Source: Limisphaerales bacterium
GTDB taxonomy: Bacteria > Verrucomicrobiota > Verrucomicrobiia > Limisphaerales > SIBE01
Reading direction: 5' to 3'
Assembly (NCBI GenBank): GCA_044225505.1
Contig: JBGAIN010000074.1
Location: 1-38,358 of the forward strand
Length of the DNA: 38,358 nucleotides
The translations under genes and the position numbers were made by a program. A model generated the notes under the pieces. That model saw only the letters and a list, made by a program, of their open reading frames with translations, had not been told where the DNA came from and did not search any database. This document shows positions 37,179 to 38,358 of this stretch, one piece after another. The first letter of the stretch is position 1. Each line of letters begins with the position of its first letter.

Positions 37179-38357
37179 TCAGATGGATGCGCTCTCGTCG
37201 AGTCGTGACTCTGGTGTGATCGGGTGATTCAACACGGATCCCTGTCTTCCGCCGAGTTTGCGTCCTCCGACGGTAATGTTCGTTGCCAACGGCAATGAGA
37301 TCACAGGTTCAACCAGATCGTTGTCTTTCCTCACCGCTTCGCGGAGGTCGTCCAGAAGACTTGGGATCGCTGATTCGACCCGATTCCAGTTTGGGATCAG
37401 CGGTGACCAGAGCGGATCTTTCTGGAAAGCGTCTGTGGCAGATCGGATCGCGCGTACAAAAGTAGCCACGGCATTTTCCTCCTCATGGCTGGCGTAGTTC
37501 AGCCCGTTCAATGCAGCATCAGCGGCGTAGAACCGCAACGTGTCTTCGGCCTGTCGGCTATAAGCGCTGAGCAGCGTATCAAACAAACCCGCATCAAGTT
37601 TAATTCCTTCGGCAGCCATCCTGCGAAAGAACGATTTTACGATGTCGCAGGCCATCTTGTTCAAACCTTTGTCCGGATCGCGGGGTGAGAGTTCCTGGTG
37701 CTTATGGTCGTAGTTTCCGCACAACTCCGATTGACAGATCGCACGTGGCGCCGCGTTTCGAACGATTTCGGCCAGCATACCCACTTCAAGAGCCCAGTCG
37801 TAAGGAATCCGGATCCGTCGCACCAGGTCGGTATCCAATGCCATTTCGCCTGCCAGAGGGTAACGGAACGTGTCCATGTAAACCAGGAACGGGTGCAAAC
37901 CGAGGATGCTCTTGAGCGCGCGAATAAGAGGAGTGATGAAAAGGCGCATCACCCGTCCGTTGAGCCGGTCAGTCACCCGCGCGTAATAGCCCTTGCAAAA
38001 ATCAAATCCGAGCGACGGGTGTGCGACCGGGTAGCAAAGTCGAGCCAGCAATTCACGGTCGTACGTGATAATATCGCAATCGTGCAGAGCAACCATCCGG
38101 GCCTTCTCGCTCGCCAGCACGTAGCCAAGGCATGTCCACACGTTTCGTCCTTTGCCGCCTGGGCCGGCGGAAAGTTCCGCTTCCTCGAGCCGCTTGAAGA
38201 CGGCCTGCATGCGAGGCCCGTCATTCCACAGGAGAATGGGTTTCTGGGGTAACTGAGCAAAAAAATGCCGTGCCTTGCGCCATTGCCGAACGCCGGTCGC
38301 GCCGTCGATTCCGACCACAATTTGGCTCAAATAGGGGATGTGTCGAAGTTCACGCAG
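37179..38357 (-). CDS. Glucosyl-3-phosphoglycerate synthase-like glycosyltransferase (GpgS type), 5' end beyond the window
   Basis: Frame open to the right edge (LRELRHIPYLSQIVVGID); GKGRNVW, ALHDCDI, FCKGYYAR, GRV.RL..TPL, FRYPLAGE, DWALEVG, YDHKHQ. Confidence 0.85.
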   Translation of the reverse strand: MRELRHIPYLSQIVVGIDGATGVRQWRKARHFFAQLPQKPILLWNDGPRMQAVFKRLEEAELSAGPGGKGRNVWTCLGYVLASEKARMVALHDCDIITYDRELLARLCYPVAHPSLGFDFCKGYYARVTDRLNGRVMRLFITPLIRALKSILGLHPFLVYMDTFRYPLAGEMALDTDLVRRIRIPYDWALEVGMLAEIVRNAAPRAICQSELCGNYDHKHQELSPRDPDKGLNKMACDIVKSFFRRMAAEGIKLDAGLFDTLLSAYSRQAEDTLRFYAADAALNGLNYASHEEENAVATFVRAIRSATDAFQKDPLWSPLIPNWNRVESAIPSLLDDLREAVRKDNDLVEPVISLPLATNITVGGRKLGGRQGSVLNHPITPESRLDESASI

Positions 38358-38358
38358 G

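Overview
GC-rich bacterial window, most consistent with a Verrucomicrobiota (Pedosphaerales-like) genome. This is inferred from the CotH, Tat-exported Gfo/Idh/MocA and DUF2961 genes and a secreted protein with a '..FFRL' tail. About 31 protein-coding genes; no rRNA, tRNA, CRISPR array or transposase was recognised. Left part: a sugar-utilisation operon (SDR, SSS symporter, mutarotase-like protein, edge-truncated secreted protein), nitroreductase, hisS, HU, YaeQ, PepP, a divergent-type membrane pyrophosphatase, a Tat-exported oxidoreductase/epimerase pair, an NfeD-flotillin-beta-carbonic anhydrase-AIM24 cluster, CotH, an APC permease, a triple-repeat secreted protein and a DUF2961 protein. The right ~11 kb looks like a salt/osmotic-stress neighbourhood: trehalose TPS/TPP fusion, ClC antiporter, PAS kinase + NarL regulator + WD40 protein, and a GpgS-like glycosyltransferase. 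The strongest signal is non-coding. Two copies of one two-hairpin RNA motif (GGGT-stem-AGGTAA-stem with TGGTCGGGCCGCCA) lie at 27936-27991(+) and 36897-36951(-). They differ in ways that preserve pairing, resemble the nhaA-I (Li+-I) riboswitch class, and precede the trehalose synthase and the two-component operon rather than a Na+/H+ antiporter.
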